DNA of 64,000 bases from an uncultured Gammaproteobacteria bacterium (GCA_963807785.1 CAWEEC010000076.1:270-64269), one strand, 5' to 3'. Positions 1 to 10,549 are shown, numbered from the stretch's first letter. Notes: generated by a model from the letters alone, not told the origin. Program-made: numbers and translations.

Positions 1-1403
1 TCTCCTCACACGCCAGCTGGACCAAGTGGGTGTCTGAGGTTGCAGCGTCGAAAAGAAAAGTGCGAAGAATCGCAATGCAAAAGGTGTGGGTGAGTCGGAG
101 CATTTTTGCTGATCGATCCGAGACCAAAAGAACTCACCATTACGTAACTCTTCAATCGCGGTTAAAAACTTTTGCATGAACAGCAATGCATTGAGTTTTC
201 GCTTCGCATGGCGCACGTTCAACATAGCAACCATGAATTTCTCGCACTCGCAGAGAGCCCTGATGTCTGCTTGTTTCCTCGATAGATAGGTATTTAAGTG
301 TCTCTTCTCCTCTACGGTGGGCAGAAGTTGGATGATAGCTCTAATTTGCTCTTGCGTCATTGCGGTAGCATCCCTTTTGGCCCATGCGTGAAGAAAGGGC
401 AGAGCGATGGCCTGTGAGTTCCGGTGTTACCAGTGATTTGAGACTAAGAAGTGAATTGTACTTACATTGTATCCACTGCTCGTGCCATTTCATCATAAGA
501 CAGTTTTATCCTAGCCAGCAGAATACCTCCGTTGTTCGCCCGCTTCGGGTTGATGACCTTGACGGCTGTCTCGTCTCCGGACTTCGCCGCATTTGCAACA
601 CAGACCAACGGCTTGAGTTCTGCCTGAAACAACCGCGTGAATTCAGATTCATCTATACTAAGACAAGTTACGTCAGGGTCTTCGCCAAGCATAGACCATA
701 CTGTATCTGACCGCACCTTGCAATGCGTACGCCAATGCAATCGAGTATGACGATGCGTATCTTTTGGGACCGGTTCACGAACCTGAGATTTTTTATCTCC
801 AGCAACGCTTGGTGCAGGGGCATCGTGGTCCGCATCCAAGACATTAGGATCCAGTCCGTCCCTTTGAATCGCATTCTTTACCGCACCTATCGGAAGGCCG
901 AGTTTCAACATTTTGAAGTACTTCGCGTAAACAGGGTCATCTTTCAGAGCGACGCCGCTGTTGCCCTCCCTATCGCCAGTCTTGGTCTGTGCCGGATCCT
1001 CATGGCCGGAGTTGAGAGGTTCATCGTGATGCATGGCGCCACTGCTGGGATCGCTAGTATATCCAACGGTTGAACGAATCGTGTTCGCGATGGCAGCACC
1101 TGAGTTACCCGTAGTTGGCAGCCTCTGGCGAGTCTGCAACAGATTCGATAGATTCCCGTGTGCGTTATCATGGAGAGTAGTAGCTGGGATTGTGCTGGAT
1201 TGACGACTTTGTAACAAGTTCGAGAGATTCCGACGTGCCAAGTCCCTGTCAGGGACACCTGCGTCCTTTCCTTCCGTTATTTTCTCGGGCTTGCCCGATG
1301 ACTCCGATCCCGTTATGCGCTCTTCTGCCGTCACTTGGGTCTGACTGCATGGCACTTCCTTCGACTCAATAAGAGTTGTTCGCTCTTGGAGAGCAGACTT
1401 CAA
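1..1403 (-). CDS. Eukaryote-type formin fragment (FH2 domain). The coding sequence is split by two putative spliceosomal introns and runs off the left edge
   Basis: Minus-strand ORF 462..1403 contains DDPVYAKYFKMLKLGLPIGAVKNAIQRDGLDPNVLD. It then enters an FH2-like block: HTRLHWRTHCKVRSDTVWSMLGED...KVINPKRANNGGILLARIKLSYDEMARAVDTM. Removing 374..465 and 34..137 continues the frame as DATAMTQEQIRAIIQLLPTVEEKRHLNTYL...KRKLNALLFMQKFLTAIEELRN/DTHLVQLACEE, the conserved FH2 core. No RBS is present; the first codon is TTG and the frame is open upstream to 1484. Confidence 0.6.
34..137 (-). other. Putative spliceosomal intron (104 nt, GT-AG) in the formin fragment
   Basis: On the minus strand there is a GTGAGT donor at 137..132, a CTTTTCTTTTC polypyrimidine tract, and a CAG acceptor at 36..34. 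The unspliced frame reads low-complexity GEFFWSRIDQQKCSDSPTPF, whereas the spliced frame reads ...EELRNDTHLVQLACEE. Confidence 0.5.
374..465 (-). other. Putative spliceosomal intron (92 nt, GT-AG, phase 2) in the formin fragment
   Basis: On the minus strand the ORF stop TAA lies inside a GTAAGT donor (465..460). A pyrimidine-rich tract (CTCTGCCCTTTCTTCAC) precedes the AAAAG acceptor (AG at 375..374). Splicing restores the codon AT|G and keeps the FH2 frame. Confidence 0.55.
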
Positions 1404-1461
1404 ACTGCAAAGAAGATCATCGTTTGCTGGAGATGAGACTGCGCCAGCCGCTGCCTTTCGC

Positions 1462-3554
1462 TCAAAATGGGAGAGTACATTCGGTCAACTCGATCTCAAG
1501 CCGGTCGGCCCGGCATCCGCTACGATCGATATACCGCTTCAGCACTTCGTCCACGTTTTGCCTGGCCAGCTGTACGGATGAGATATTGACCGACATGCAC
1601 AGGTCGATGCCGTCATGCTGCCAGCGCCGCATCTGCTGGTGGCCTCATTGATCACCCATTCACCGATCGGCAGGATCAGGCTCGACTCCTCGGCCAGCGG
1701 GATGAACTCCATCGGTGCAATCAAACCCTTTTCCGGGTGCTGCCAGCGAATCAGTGCTTCAACCCCCATGATCTCGCCATTTTTCATGTCCACCTTGGGC
1801 TGATAGTACAGCACAAATTCGCGGTTATGTATCGCCTTGCGCAGCGCATTCTCCATGTTGAGACGTTCGACAGCGACGATGTTCATGGTCTCATTGAAGT
1901 ACTGGTAATTGCTGCGTCCACGATCTTTGGCATGATACATGGCGATGTCTGCGTTCTTGATCAGGGTGTCAACGTCATCGCCATCGCTGGGGTAGACACT
2001 GATACCGATGCTGCTGCTGATAAAAAACTCACTGCCATTGATTTTGAAAGGGATGGCGAGTCTTTTCATGATGCGACGCGACACATTTGCCGCATCGCTC
2101 GGGCTCCTGATGTCGCACAACAGGATCAGGAATTCGTCTCCGCCAAGCCTGGCCAGCGTGTCGTGTGGCGCCTCATCCGGGTCACCGGCCTTGTGCAGTG
2201 ACACCTCATCCTCGTTTCGCAGGCAATCCGCAAGCCGCTCGGACATCTCCTGCAGCAACAGGTCGCCGGCCTGGTGGCCCATGGTATCGTTGACTTGTTT
2301 GAAATTATCCAGGTCCAGGAACAGCAACGCCAGCTGTGTGTGATTGCGATGAGCGTGGCCCAGTGCGCGCTTGAGGTATTCCTGGAACATGCGCCGGTTG
2401 GGCATACCGGTCAATGAATCGCGATAGGCGAGATAGGCCACCTGTTGCTGGGACTGCTCAAGGTTACGGCTCATCTCTTCGAAAGAGCGCGCCAGATCAC
2501 CGAGCTCGTCGTCGCTGTCAATACCGGATTGTGCATCGAAACGGCTGCGACCCACGTCATGGGCCATTTTCCCCAGCCGCTGGATGGGATGGACCAGAAT
2601 ACGATTGATAACATAGATGATCAGGGCGCTGGCAAAGATGATGGCAAGCAGGGTAATGCTCGCCACCATAATGCCGAGTTCGCGGCTGGCAGCGAGCAGG
2701 TCTTTTTCCGGCAACACAGCGTACAGGTTCAGATCATGGTGTATTACACGTCCTTGCAAATAGACGACTTCATCGTGTAACCGGGTTTTCAAGGCCTGAT
2801 CTTGGATTGCCAGTGCCTGCACCAGGACGTCTCGGTGCTGATCAAAAGCAACGGCGCTCGATCCATCCGGCATCATAAAGGCCCGACCGACATGGTCAGC
2901 GACAAACAAATATCCGTTGTTGCCAATACGTTGCTGATCAAGCTGGTGCTGAAGATAATCAAGACTCACAGTGATTACCAGGTAACCACGCAACGCAGCA
3001 GGCGTGCTGAGCGCTTCAAAGCTTTCGTCGCGCAATACCAGTTTCATGCCGGCGTACAGAACCGGTTTGCCGGTGTCAGGATTCAGCGTGTACATGTCGT
3101 GCTGCGGCTGATCTGAATCCTGCAAATGCCAGAATAATTCGGAGTCGGCCTCCATCTCGGTGATATTCGGTATGCGCTCGATCACGGCACGGGTATCCTC
3201 GTAGCCATCTGGCAGCAGAATTCGTATTTCGAAATACTCCGGGTAAGCCTGCTGGTAACTGGCAAACAGGCGCATCAACGGCGGCTGCAACAGCATGTAA
3301 CGTTCCGCCTCATCCTGAGTAAGGACATATTTTTTCACCAGCTCGGAGCCGGCAAACAAACGTGTATTCGCCCGCGCCGTGATGAAGTGGTTCTCAACAT
3401 TACGTCTCACCTGGTCCAGCAAGGTGTCCATCTGCCCCAACGTGGTGTTACGCGAAACCTGCTCCAGCTTGTCGTAGGCAGTCCAGCCCAGCCATAACAG
3501 CGGCAGTATTACCAGCGGCAATACCAGCAGTAAAATTTTGGATTGCAGATTCAA
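1462..3554 (-). pseudogene. Membrane GGDEF-EAL protein (periplasmic sensor domain, HAMP, GGDEF, EAL; MbaA-like). It is frameshifted and 3-prime truncated
   Basis: There is an N-terminal TM, a ~280 aa periplasmic region and a second TM, then a HAMP-like segment (DELGDLARSFEEMSRNLEQSQ). The GGDEF motif is RLGGDEF and the EAL motif is EALIRWQHPEKG. After ...GEWVINEA the frame breaks near 1638-1640. A shifted frame continues QQMRRWQHDGIDLCMSVNISSVQLARQNVDEVLKRYIDRSGCRADRLEIELTE and then stops, so the rest of the EAL domain is missing. Confidence 0.8.
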
Positions 3555-3583
3555 AGCTGTCCGTCCTGTGACTCGCTAGCGTT

Positions 3584-4654
3584 TTAGTCTGCAATAATCT
3601 GGGACATGATACTGTTATAGCGCTTCATCACACGTGGCGGCAGCTCTCGATAAAAATCCGACTTATCGATGAAAGCCTGGTCGGGATAGATAACCGGGTC
3701 GCTCAGAAACTCTTCAGGCAGGAGTTTGTTCGCTGCCCGGTTCGGCGTCGCGTAGTAGACGAACTCGGCGAGCTGGGCCGCGTTTTCCGGCTCATTCAGG
3801 AAGTTGATAAAATCCATGGCAAGTTTTTTCTGCTTCGACGCTTCACTCACCAGCAGGTAATCGACCCAGATACTGGTGCCCTCTTCCGGTACCACGTAAA
3901 CGATGTTTTCGTCATGTTCCGCCAGCATCAAGGCATCGCCGCTATAAACCAGCGCAGCCACCGCGTCGCCCTTGACCAACGCTGAATCCTCGCCAAGCGA
4001 GACGTAGGAATAACTCTTGACGTGAGGTTTCTGTGCCAGTAACAGCTGCTCTGCCTGTGCCAGCATCTTCAGATCGGTGGTGTTGACGGATTGCTGCAGG
4101 CTTTTGAGTGCCATCGCCATCAGGTCTGCGGTGTCCTTCACCAGCACGATCTTGCCCTGCAGCTCCGGCGCGGGATCGAGCAACTGGCTCCAGCGCTTGA
4201 TGGGCTGCTCCACCAGGTCTGCGCGGTAGGCAATTCCCATGGTGCCCCAGAAAAACGGCACCGCATATTCCTTTGCCTGGGGAAAGGCCTCACCCCAGCG
4301 CGATTCGATGTATCGTTTGTTGGGTACGTCTTGTTCGCTGATGGGAGCGAGCCAGCCACGCTGTGCGTAATACTTGATCGTACGACCGTTGGAGCAGATG
4401 ACGTCATAGCCGACGCCATCGGTGTTGACCAGCATCTCATCGCGCAGTTCGTCAGACTCGAAATAGCTGAACCTGACCCTGGCATTATAACGTGCCTCGA
4501 ATTTCTCGATCAGCTCCGGGTCCATATACTCTGACCAGGTAAGAAATACCAGTTCCTGTGGCTGCTCCGCGTAGGCCATGAAGACTGGCCAGGTGAACAA
4601 CACGCACAAAGCGACGAAACAAGCCCGGATTTTTCTAACGAAATGGATATTCAT
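3584..4654 (-). CDS. Periplasmic polyamine-binding protein of the PotD/PotF family (NspS-like)
   Basis: ATG at 4654 follows AGAGGT. The signal peptide is MNIHFVRKIRACFVALCVLFTWPVFMAYA. The mature part has PotD/PotF-type blocks (LVFLTWSEYMDPELIEKFE, YDVICSNG, VPFFWGTMGIAYR). It lies 29 bp upstream of the GGDEF-EAL gene on the same strand. Confidence 0.75.
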   Translation of the reverse strand: MNIHFVRKIRACFVALCVLFTWPVFMAYAEQPQELVFLTWSEYMDPELIEKFEARYNARVRFSYFESDELRDEMLVNTDGVGYDVICSNGRTIKYYAQRGWLAPISEQDVPNKRYIESRWGEAFPQAKEYAVPFFWGTMGIAYRADLVEQPIKRWSQLLDPAPELQGKIVLVKDTADLMAMALKSLQQSVNTTDLKMLAQAEQLLLAQKPHVKSYSYVSLGEDSALVKGDAVAALVYSGDALMLAEHDENIVYVVPEEGTSIWVDYLLVSEASKQKKLAMDFINFLNEPENAAQLAEFVYYATPNRAANKLLPEEFLSDPVIYPDQAFIDKSDFYRELPPRVMKRYNSIMSQIIAD

Positions 4655-5242
4655 GCTGATAGTTACCTCTACAGATCGCATCGACCCGCTATAAGTATTC
4701 TTTAACAAAGCCGCCCTCAACCGTCACGATTTATCGGCCAGGAATGTTGATCCCGGGCAGCAGCTTTCGAAGGGTGATTTAAAGCATTTGCAATCAAGTC
4801 GACCAGGCACAGAATGTGAAAACGGTTTGTCGCAGCTTTACAACTACGTCTGTTTCAGATCTGTGACTCACGCCGGTTGCGACTGGATGGGGTCGTTTAA
4901 ACACGATCAGCTGGTGCTGATTCAACACACCTGTGTGCTTATCGTGCCAGCGCATTCAACGCTACCGCTTACCCAAGCTTAGTAAAAAAGCCTATGTATT
5001 CCATATATTTAGGGGGAAATGCCGAAAATTTGTCATTCTGACTGCGGCTGCCACTGATAGACTGGACAGCAGCTGAATCATGCCATGCTTATTGCATCTT
5101 TACCAGCACCGCCATGTATCACGCATGGCACTCAAATGAAGCTTGATGATGTCATTAAAGCGTTAACACCAGCAACGCTTTCGCCCGGCTACTCTAGCCA
5201 AAATGAAGTCAAACACCGGCTCTACAGGTCAGCCCAAATAAA

Positions 5243-5640
5243 GCATAAGCACTAAGTTGTAATAGTGAGGATTTAATCTGACAGTCAGAGTCATATTAAC
5301 TCAAACTCAGACCCTGATTATTTGTCAGTACACTCGGTATTGACCATATAAACAAAGGCTATAGATCTTTACTCTCGCAGAGGCGCAGAGAGCGCAAAGT
5401 AATATGATTAAAAAGATACTTTCTTTGCAAAAAATACATGTAACCTTTGCGCTCTCTGCGCCTCTGCGCCTCTGCGAGAAAACAGGATGTTAAAACGCCT
5501 GCTTAGGCTGATTTTCCGCTTATATGAAAATCGATAATAAATGCCAGATCAAGTCTGAACGACTAGAGTGCATCTGTGGCCTCATATTAATGTCTACAAA
5601 GTCCAAATCAGACAATGACTGTCAGATCAGGTCACGACCA
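5243..5640. mobile_element. MITE-like palindromic repeat element, copy A
   Basis: It aligns nearly base for base with 45111..45464, for example TGTAATAGTGAGGATTTAATCTGACAGTCAGAG...AAACAAAGGCTATAGATCTTTACTCTCGCAGAGGCGCAGAG. The internal long inverted repeat is CTCGCAGAGGCGCAGAGAGCGCAAAG / CTTTGCGCTCTCTGCGCCTCTGCGAG. The right end carries an inverted copy of the left ATCTGACAGTCA motif. No ORF is present. Confidence 0.7.
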
Positions 5641-5700
5641 GTACAGCTAATTGCTAACCGGTAATTCAACGCCAGTTAATCATCATGCTTGCTCATCGCT

Positions 5701-6899
5701 TTAACGCAGTTCGATGCGCGTATTGTCCTCGACATCGTCACCGGGGTGGTTGATAACCATTTCTCCTGCTTCCAGGCCGGTGACAATCTGTGCAATCAAG
5801 CCGTTGCGTTGCCCAACTTCGACAACGCGACGTTGCGCACGTTTGGCTTCGATGACGAACACGGCCCAGCCATCCTGGTAACGAAACAGACTGCTGGCAG
5901 GCACCTGCAACACATCCTGCTGATGCCAGAGGATGAAGCGCGCCTCCACGCGATAGCCGTCGCCCAGGCGTTGCCATTGCTCGGCCGCCGAGGTGAAATC
6001 GGAGATCACCAGTACCCGCTGCTCTTCCACGCCGAGGGCGGAGATCTTGGTAAAGCCAGCCGGCTCGATGATGCGCACCACAGCCCTGCAGTGGCTGATC
6101 CCCACCCCAGCGCTCGAACAGCACTTTCATGCCCGGTTTGATTTTTACCGCATCGGCGGAGAGTACATCGACCTCCACTTCCAGCACGGCAGGATCACCC
6201 ACTTCCAGTAACGGCTCGCCGGTGCGCACCGGGCCTTCACATTCACGCACAAGTTTGAGAATTTTGCCGCTAACCGGGGAACGTACCGGTACCCGTTCGG
6301 CCGGTTCGTGTTGAGTACCGGCGGTATATTCGAGTACGGTCTGCGCTGCTTGCAGTTCATACCTGGCGACTTCGACATTGAAATTGGCCGAGCGCTCGGC
6401 GGCCGTGCTGGTCTGAACTTCGGTGGTGGCCTTGTCGAAAGCGTCGCGTGAGATCACGCCCTTGTCGAGCAATGGTCGCAGACGCTTGAGTTCGATGGTG
6501 GCGAGTTGTGCCGCAGCTTTGGCTGCACTGGCCTGTTGTTTTGCAGCTTCCAGTGCCGATTCTGCCGCAGATACCTGAGCTTCGGCCTGGGCCCGGCTGC
6601 GCGGATCCAGCACCTGCGATTCCAGCGGCGTAATGCCCAGCAGCACCTGGCCCTGTCTCGACAGGGTCGCCGACATCGAGTTGCACGCGACAGGCGACGC
6701 CGTCCACCGGTGCCGAGATAATGTAACGATCGATGACCCGGGTGCGGCCTTCTTCTTCGATGGCAACCGTTAACGGTGCTCGCTTGACCGCAATGGCTTC
6801 GACGAAAACCGCTTGCGGCCAGAAACCCCACACCAGCAGGCCAGTAATCAGCACGGCAGTGGCGGCAATAGCCGGGTGTTTTCCAAGCGGAAGGCTCAT
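5701..6899 (-). pseudogene. HlyD-family periplasmic adaptor (MacA-like) of the ABC exporter, with two frameshifts
   Basis: Three overlapping minus-strand ORFs carry consecutive parts of one adaptor. These are the N-terminal TM plus APVDGVACRVQLDVGDPV, then RQGQVLLGITPLESQVLDPR...coiled coil...VRSPVSGKILKL...KVLFERWGGDQPLQG, then VVRIIEPAGFTKISALGVEEQRVLVI...GEMVINHPGDDV. Frame changes are near 6659 and 6082. Confidence 0.8.
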
Positions 6900-6903
6900 C
6901 GTT

Positions 6904-9267
6904 TTACTCCTTGGTCTTGAGTACGGCTACCATATCGAGATGGGCCAGGTTACGCCAGATCATAATGGCGGAAATAATGGATGACAGGATCACTATCAGT
7001 GCCGAAAAAGCATAGACATTGATGCCCAGCACCAGCGGCACGCGATACAGATCGGTATCAAACTTGAATGCCATGTAGGCGCACAGGCCGTAACCGATGA
7101 GCATACCCAGCGGAATCGCCACCAGGGTCAGCAGGCCCAGTTCACCCAGCAGAATATAAGCCACCTCGCCGCGCTCGAAACCCAGTACGCGCAGGCTGGC
7201 GAGCTCGCGGTTGCGCTCCGACAGGGCGATGCGCATGCTGTTGTAGATCACACCAAAAGCGATGCTGCCACCGAGCAAGGTGGTGATAAAGGTAAAGAAC
7301 AGTATGGTTTGCGCAATGGTGTCGTAGAAGGCCTGGATCGCGGATTCCTGCTCGATCACACCGGCGACCCGCGGCATGTCCTTGAGTTTGGCATAGATGT
7401 CACGCTGGTAACGTTCATCCACGCTCAGCAGCGCACCGGAAATGGCATTACCTTCTCTTAACAACTGGTTGAGGGCCTCGCGCCGCATGTAGGCATTGAC
7501 ACCCAGGTACTGCTTGGCCGTGCCGACCACCGGCACCTGCACCGTTGGCCGGCTGCCTTCCAGCACTTCGATGGTGAGCATGTCACCGGGCTTGATATGC
7601 AGCAGCTCGGCCAGGTAATCGGTGAGCACAACGCCTTGCTGCGGCAGCTCGATGACCTTGAGTTCTGTGTCGAGCAGGCGCATCAGGCTGCCATCGGGCT
7701 GAATGCCATTGACCGCGGTACGATAAAAGCGGTGCTCGAACTGCAGCTTCGCCGGCACCACGCGAAAGCCTTCGGCATGCTCCACACCCTGCAGGCTGCG
7801 CAACGAATACAGCGAACGCTCCGAGGTGGGCTCGGTATAGATCGCGGTGAGATCATTGCGCTGGCTCATGCCGTATTGCACCTCCACCATGTAATCGATG
7901 GCACCTTCCTGGAATCCGCTCACCATCATGATACCGCAGGCCATGCTGATACCGAGCATGGTCAACAGCGACTTCAGCGGACGTCGTTCGATATGGCGCA
8001 GGATCATGCGCGTGGGTTGGGAAAACCAGCGCTGCAGGCCGAGACGCTCGACCAGGGTGGCGTGAAACAGGGCCGGCGGCTCCGGGCGCATGGCCTGTGC
8101 CGGCGGTAGTCTGGCTGCACCACGTACGGCATACAGGGTGCCGGCAATGGCGACCGTCATGCTGATCAGCGCCGCCGCGATAATCACCTGGGGCTTGAGC
8201 ACATAGATCATGAACGGCAGGCTATAGAAATCCATGTAGATGTTACTCATGCCCTTGCCCATCCAGATACCGGCAGCGATGCCGGCGATGATGCCGATAC
8301 CCACGATCATCAGCACCAGCTTGATATAGTGCAGGCCGACGGCAAAATTGCTATAGCCGAAGGCTTTCAGCGCCGCGATCTGTTCGCGCTCCAGGCTGAT
8401 CAGCCGGCTGATGACCACGTTGAGCAGGAACGCGGCGACACCGAAGAAGATCACCGGAAATATAGTGGCAATGGTTTGCTGCTGCTTCAGTTCTTCGGAT
8501 AAAAAGCGATTGGAGAGCTGGTCCTCGCGGGCGATGGCGCCGATGCCGCCATAGGATTCAAGAATTTCATCGAGACGATCGATCACATCCTGCGCGTTCG
8601 TGCCCTTGCCCAGGGTAAGCGTGACATTGTTAAAGGCGCCGTCCATGTCATAGGCGCTGGCCAGCGGTTTGCGTGCCATCCATAACACACCGTAACGCGG
8701 GTAGTCGGGAAACATGGCACCGGGAGCGATCTGGTAGATATATTCCGGTGACAGCGCAATACCGGCAATGCTGAGATTCTTGCGCCGGCCGTTGATGGTG
8801 GCATTGAGTTTGTCACCGGGCTGCAGACCATGGGCCTGGGCGAACTCTTCGCTGAGCACGATTTCGTTATCACGCCCCGGCTCAAACAGGCGGCCATTGC
8901 GCAGATAAATCTGGTTCAACAGTCCGCGACTGTTATCGGGCAGAGACAATATATGGCCACTGACCGGATCATTAAAACCGGCCACGTCGAGATTCACATA
9001 GGCCACCACGCGCGTTTCCACTTTATCGACACCGGGAATAGCCTCGATACGCTGGACCAATGCCAGCGGTGCGCGTTTCAAGCTGGCAAAGACATGGGCG
9101 AAGTGATGATTGCGGTAATAGCTTTCGCGGGTTTCATATAAGGAGTCGAGTGTGCTCAGCGACATGATGAAGATACCCACACCACTGACGATAACCATGG
9201 CAATGGCCAGCGCCTGCATACGCATGCCCCAGAGTTCGCGCCAGAGTTTTTTGTCGATGGCTTTCAT
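6904..9267 (-). CDS. ABC transporter permease with duplicated FtsX-type domains (MacB/YbbP-like)
   Basis: The ATG at 9267 (MKAIDKKLWRELWGMRMQ) lies 10 bp after the ATPase stop. It is a large polytopic protein with two periplasmic loops and two 4-TM FtsX-like blocks, in an operon with the ATPase and the HlyD adaptor. Confidence 0.8.
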   Translation of the reverse strand: MKAIDKKLWRELWGMRMQALAIAMVIVSGVGIFIMSLSTLDSLYETRESYYRNHHFAHVFASLKRAPLALVQRIEAIPGVDKVETRVVAYVNLDVAGFNDPVSGHILSLPDNSRGLLNQIYLRNGRLFEPGRDNEIVLSEEFAQAHGLQPGDKLNATINGRRKNLSIAGIALSPEYIYQIAPGAMFPDYPRYGVLWMARKPLASAYDMDGAFNNVTLTLGKGTNAQDVIDRLDEILESYGGIGAIAREDQLSNRFLSEELKQQQTIATIFPVIFFGVAAFLLNVVISRLISLEREQIAALKAFGYSNFAVGLHYIKLVLMIVGIGIIAGIAAGIWMGKGMSNIYMDFYSLPFMIYVLKPQVIIAAALISMTVAIAGTLYAVRGAARLPPAQAMRPEPPALFHATLVERLGLQRWFSQPTRMILRHIERRPLKSLLTMLGISMACGIMMVSGFQEGAIDYMVEVQYGMSQRNDLTAIYTEPTSERSLYSLRSLQGVEHAEGFRVVPAKLQFEHRFYRTAVNGIQPDGSLMRLLDTELKVIELPQQGVVLTDYLAELLHIKPGDMLTIEVLEGSRPTVQVPVVGTAKQYLGVNAYMRREALNQLLREGNAISGALLSVDERYQRDIYAKLKDMPRVAGVIEQESAIQAFYDTIAQTILFFTFITTLLGGSIAFGVIYNSMRIALSERNRELASLRVLGFERGEVAYILLGELGLLTLVAIPLGMLIGYGLCAYMAFKFDTDLYRVPLVLGINVYAFSALIVILSSIISAIMIWRNLAHLDMVAVLKTKE

Positions 9268-9277
9268 TGCGATACGT

Positions 9278-10018
9278 TCACCAGCTGAGCTCGTTGGGAG
9301 CGAGCCTGGTTTCGTTGACGTCCACCTGGCTGATACGACCATCGGCCAGGTGAATCACCCGGTGCGCCATTTGTGCAATGCCCGCGTTGTGGGTGATCAC
9401 CGCCGTGGTGGTACCGAGTTCCTGGTTGACCCGTTGCAGGGCCTCCAGCACCACGATGCCGGTTTTGGAATCGAGCGCGCCGGTGGGTTCGTCGCATAAC
9501 AGCACATCGGGATTCTTGGCAATGGCACGCGCAATCGCCACTCGCTGCTGCTCGCCGCCGGACAGCTGGGCCGGAAAATGATCCATGCGCTGATCCAGCC
9601 CGACCAGTTGCAAGGCCTCTTCCGGTTGCATCGGTGCTTTGGCAATCTCGGTCACCACCGCCACGTTTTCACGCGCGGTGAGACTGGGAATCAGGTTGTA
9701 AAACTGGAACACAAAGCCAACATGGTAGCGCCGGTATGCGGTGAGCTCGCTTTCGCTGGCACGGGTCAGGTCACGTTCACCATACAGCACATGACCATCG
9801 GTGGGCGTATCCAGTCCGCCAAGGATATTCAGCAGTGTCGACTTGCCGCTGCCGGAGGCTCCCAGCAATACCGTGAACTCGCCTTTATACAGATCCAGGT
9901 CGACACCGCGCAGCGCATGCACCTGCACCTCGCCCATCTGGTAAACCTTGGTGACGCCGTGGACATGAAACACCACGTCTTCATGCAAGCGCTCGTGTGG
10001 TTGTCGAATTTCAGTCAT
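9278..10018 (-). CDS. ABC transporter ATP-binding protein (LolD/MacB ATPase type)
   Basis: Walker A is GASGSGKST, the signature is [14 protein letters not shown], and Walker B is [11 protein letters not shown]. Confidence 0.9.
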   Translation of the reverse strand: MTEIRQPHERLHEDVVFHVHGVTKVYQMGEVQVHALRGVDLDLYKGEFTVLLGASGSGKSTLLNILGGLDTPTDGHVLYGERDLTRASESELTAYRRYHVGFVFQFYNLIPSLTARENVAVVTEIAKAPMQPEEALQLVGLDQRMDHFPAQLSGGEQQRVAIARAIAKNPDVLLCDEPTGALDSKTGIVVLEALQRVNQELGTTTAVITHNAGIAQMAHRVIHLADGRISQVDVNETRLAPNELSW

Positions 10019-10351
10019 GAAAAATGAATTGCCTCATGCTATTGCAACACCGACAGTGTCAGCACTGGACATACGAAGCGTTTTAAATTATCAGTCAACG
10101 TGTGTGATGAATGCATCAACGGGTTACTGCTGTTAATTCAATCAAGCGATCATACGATACTGAATCCGAGCACAAACCCAGGGTGCTCCATAGCCCTTTT
10201 TGTTCATGCGCTTCGAATGTTGAATTGATATTCAATGTTAAGCTTCTTTGCCAGTTTGTTTTACCCCGGCGTGTGCATGGGTGCGCAGCACTCGGAAACG
10301 ACGTATGTTAGCAGGTGCTTCACTGACTTCATTGTTAATGCTCACCATCCA

Positions 10352-10549
10352 TTACGCGTACCCGGGATCCAGCGCTTTCAGTGTTTGTACAATTTCCTGT
10401 TTGTACGCATCTTCAATCGGCCCGCTACGCCCCGGCCAGATTCGAAACTTGACGCGTACAAAGTTTCGCCCTGCGGGTGTGCAACTGCGAGCGCCGATTT
10501 CAGGTTTATCACGCATAATGCCGGGAAACTGCTCAACCCATGAACTCAA
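10352..10549 (-). pseudogene. Possible remnant of the C-terminal domain of an MscS-type mechanosensitive channel
   Basis: A 65-aa ORF with a TTG start and no RBS. IMRDKPEIG...VRVKFRIWPGR...AYKQEIVQTLKAL loosely resembles the MscS C-terminal beta domain, and the N-terminal channel part is absent. The call is weak. Confidence 0.25.

Noticed and set aside
5019-5057. 12-codon Cys/His-rich mini-ORF MPKICHSDCGCH after an AGGGGG
   Set aside because: The spacing between the purine tract and the ATG is only 2 nt. It has no downstream gene to regulate and no supporting feature.
5446-5483. Tandem CTCTGCGC / CCTCTGCG units (also at 45338..45372) that at first glance look like short CRISPR-like repeats
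   Set aside because: There are only two or three contiguous 8-nt units with no spacers. They are the right arm of the hairpin of the MITE-like element and pair with the left arm. No cas genes are present.
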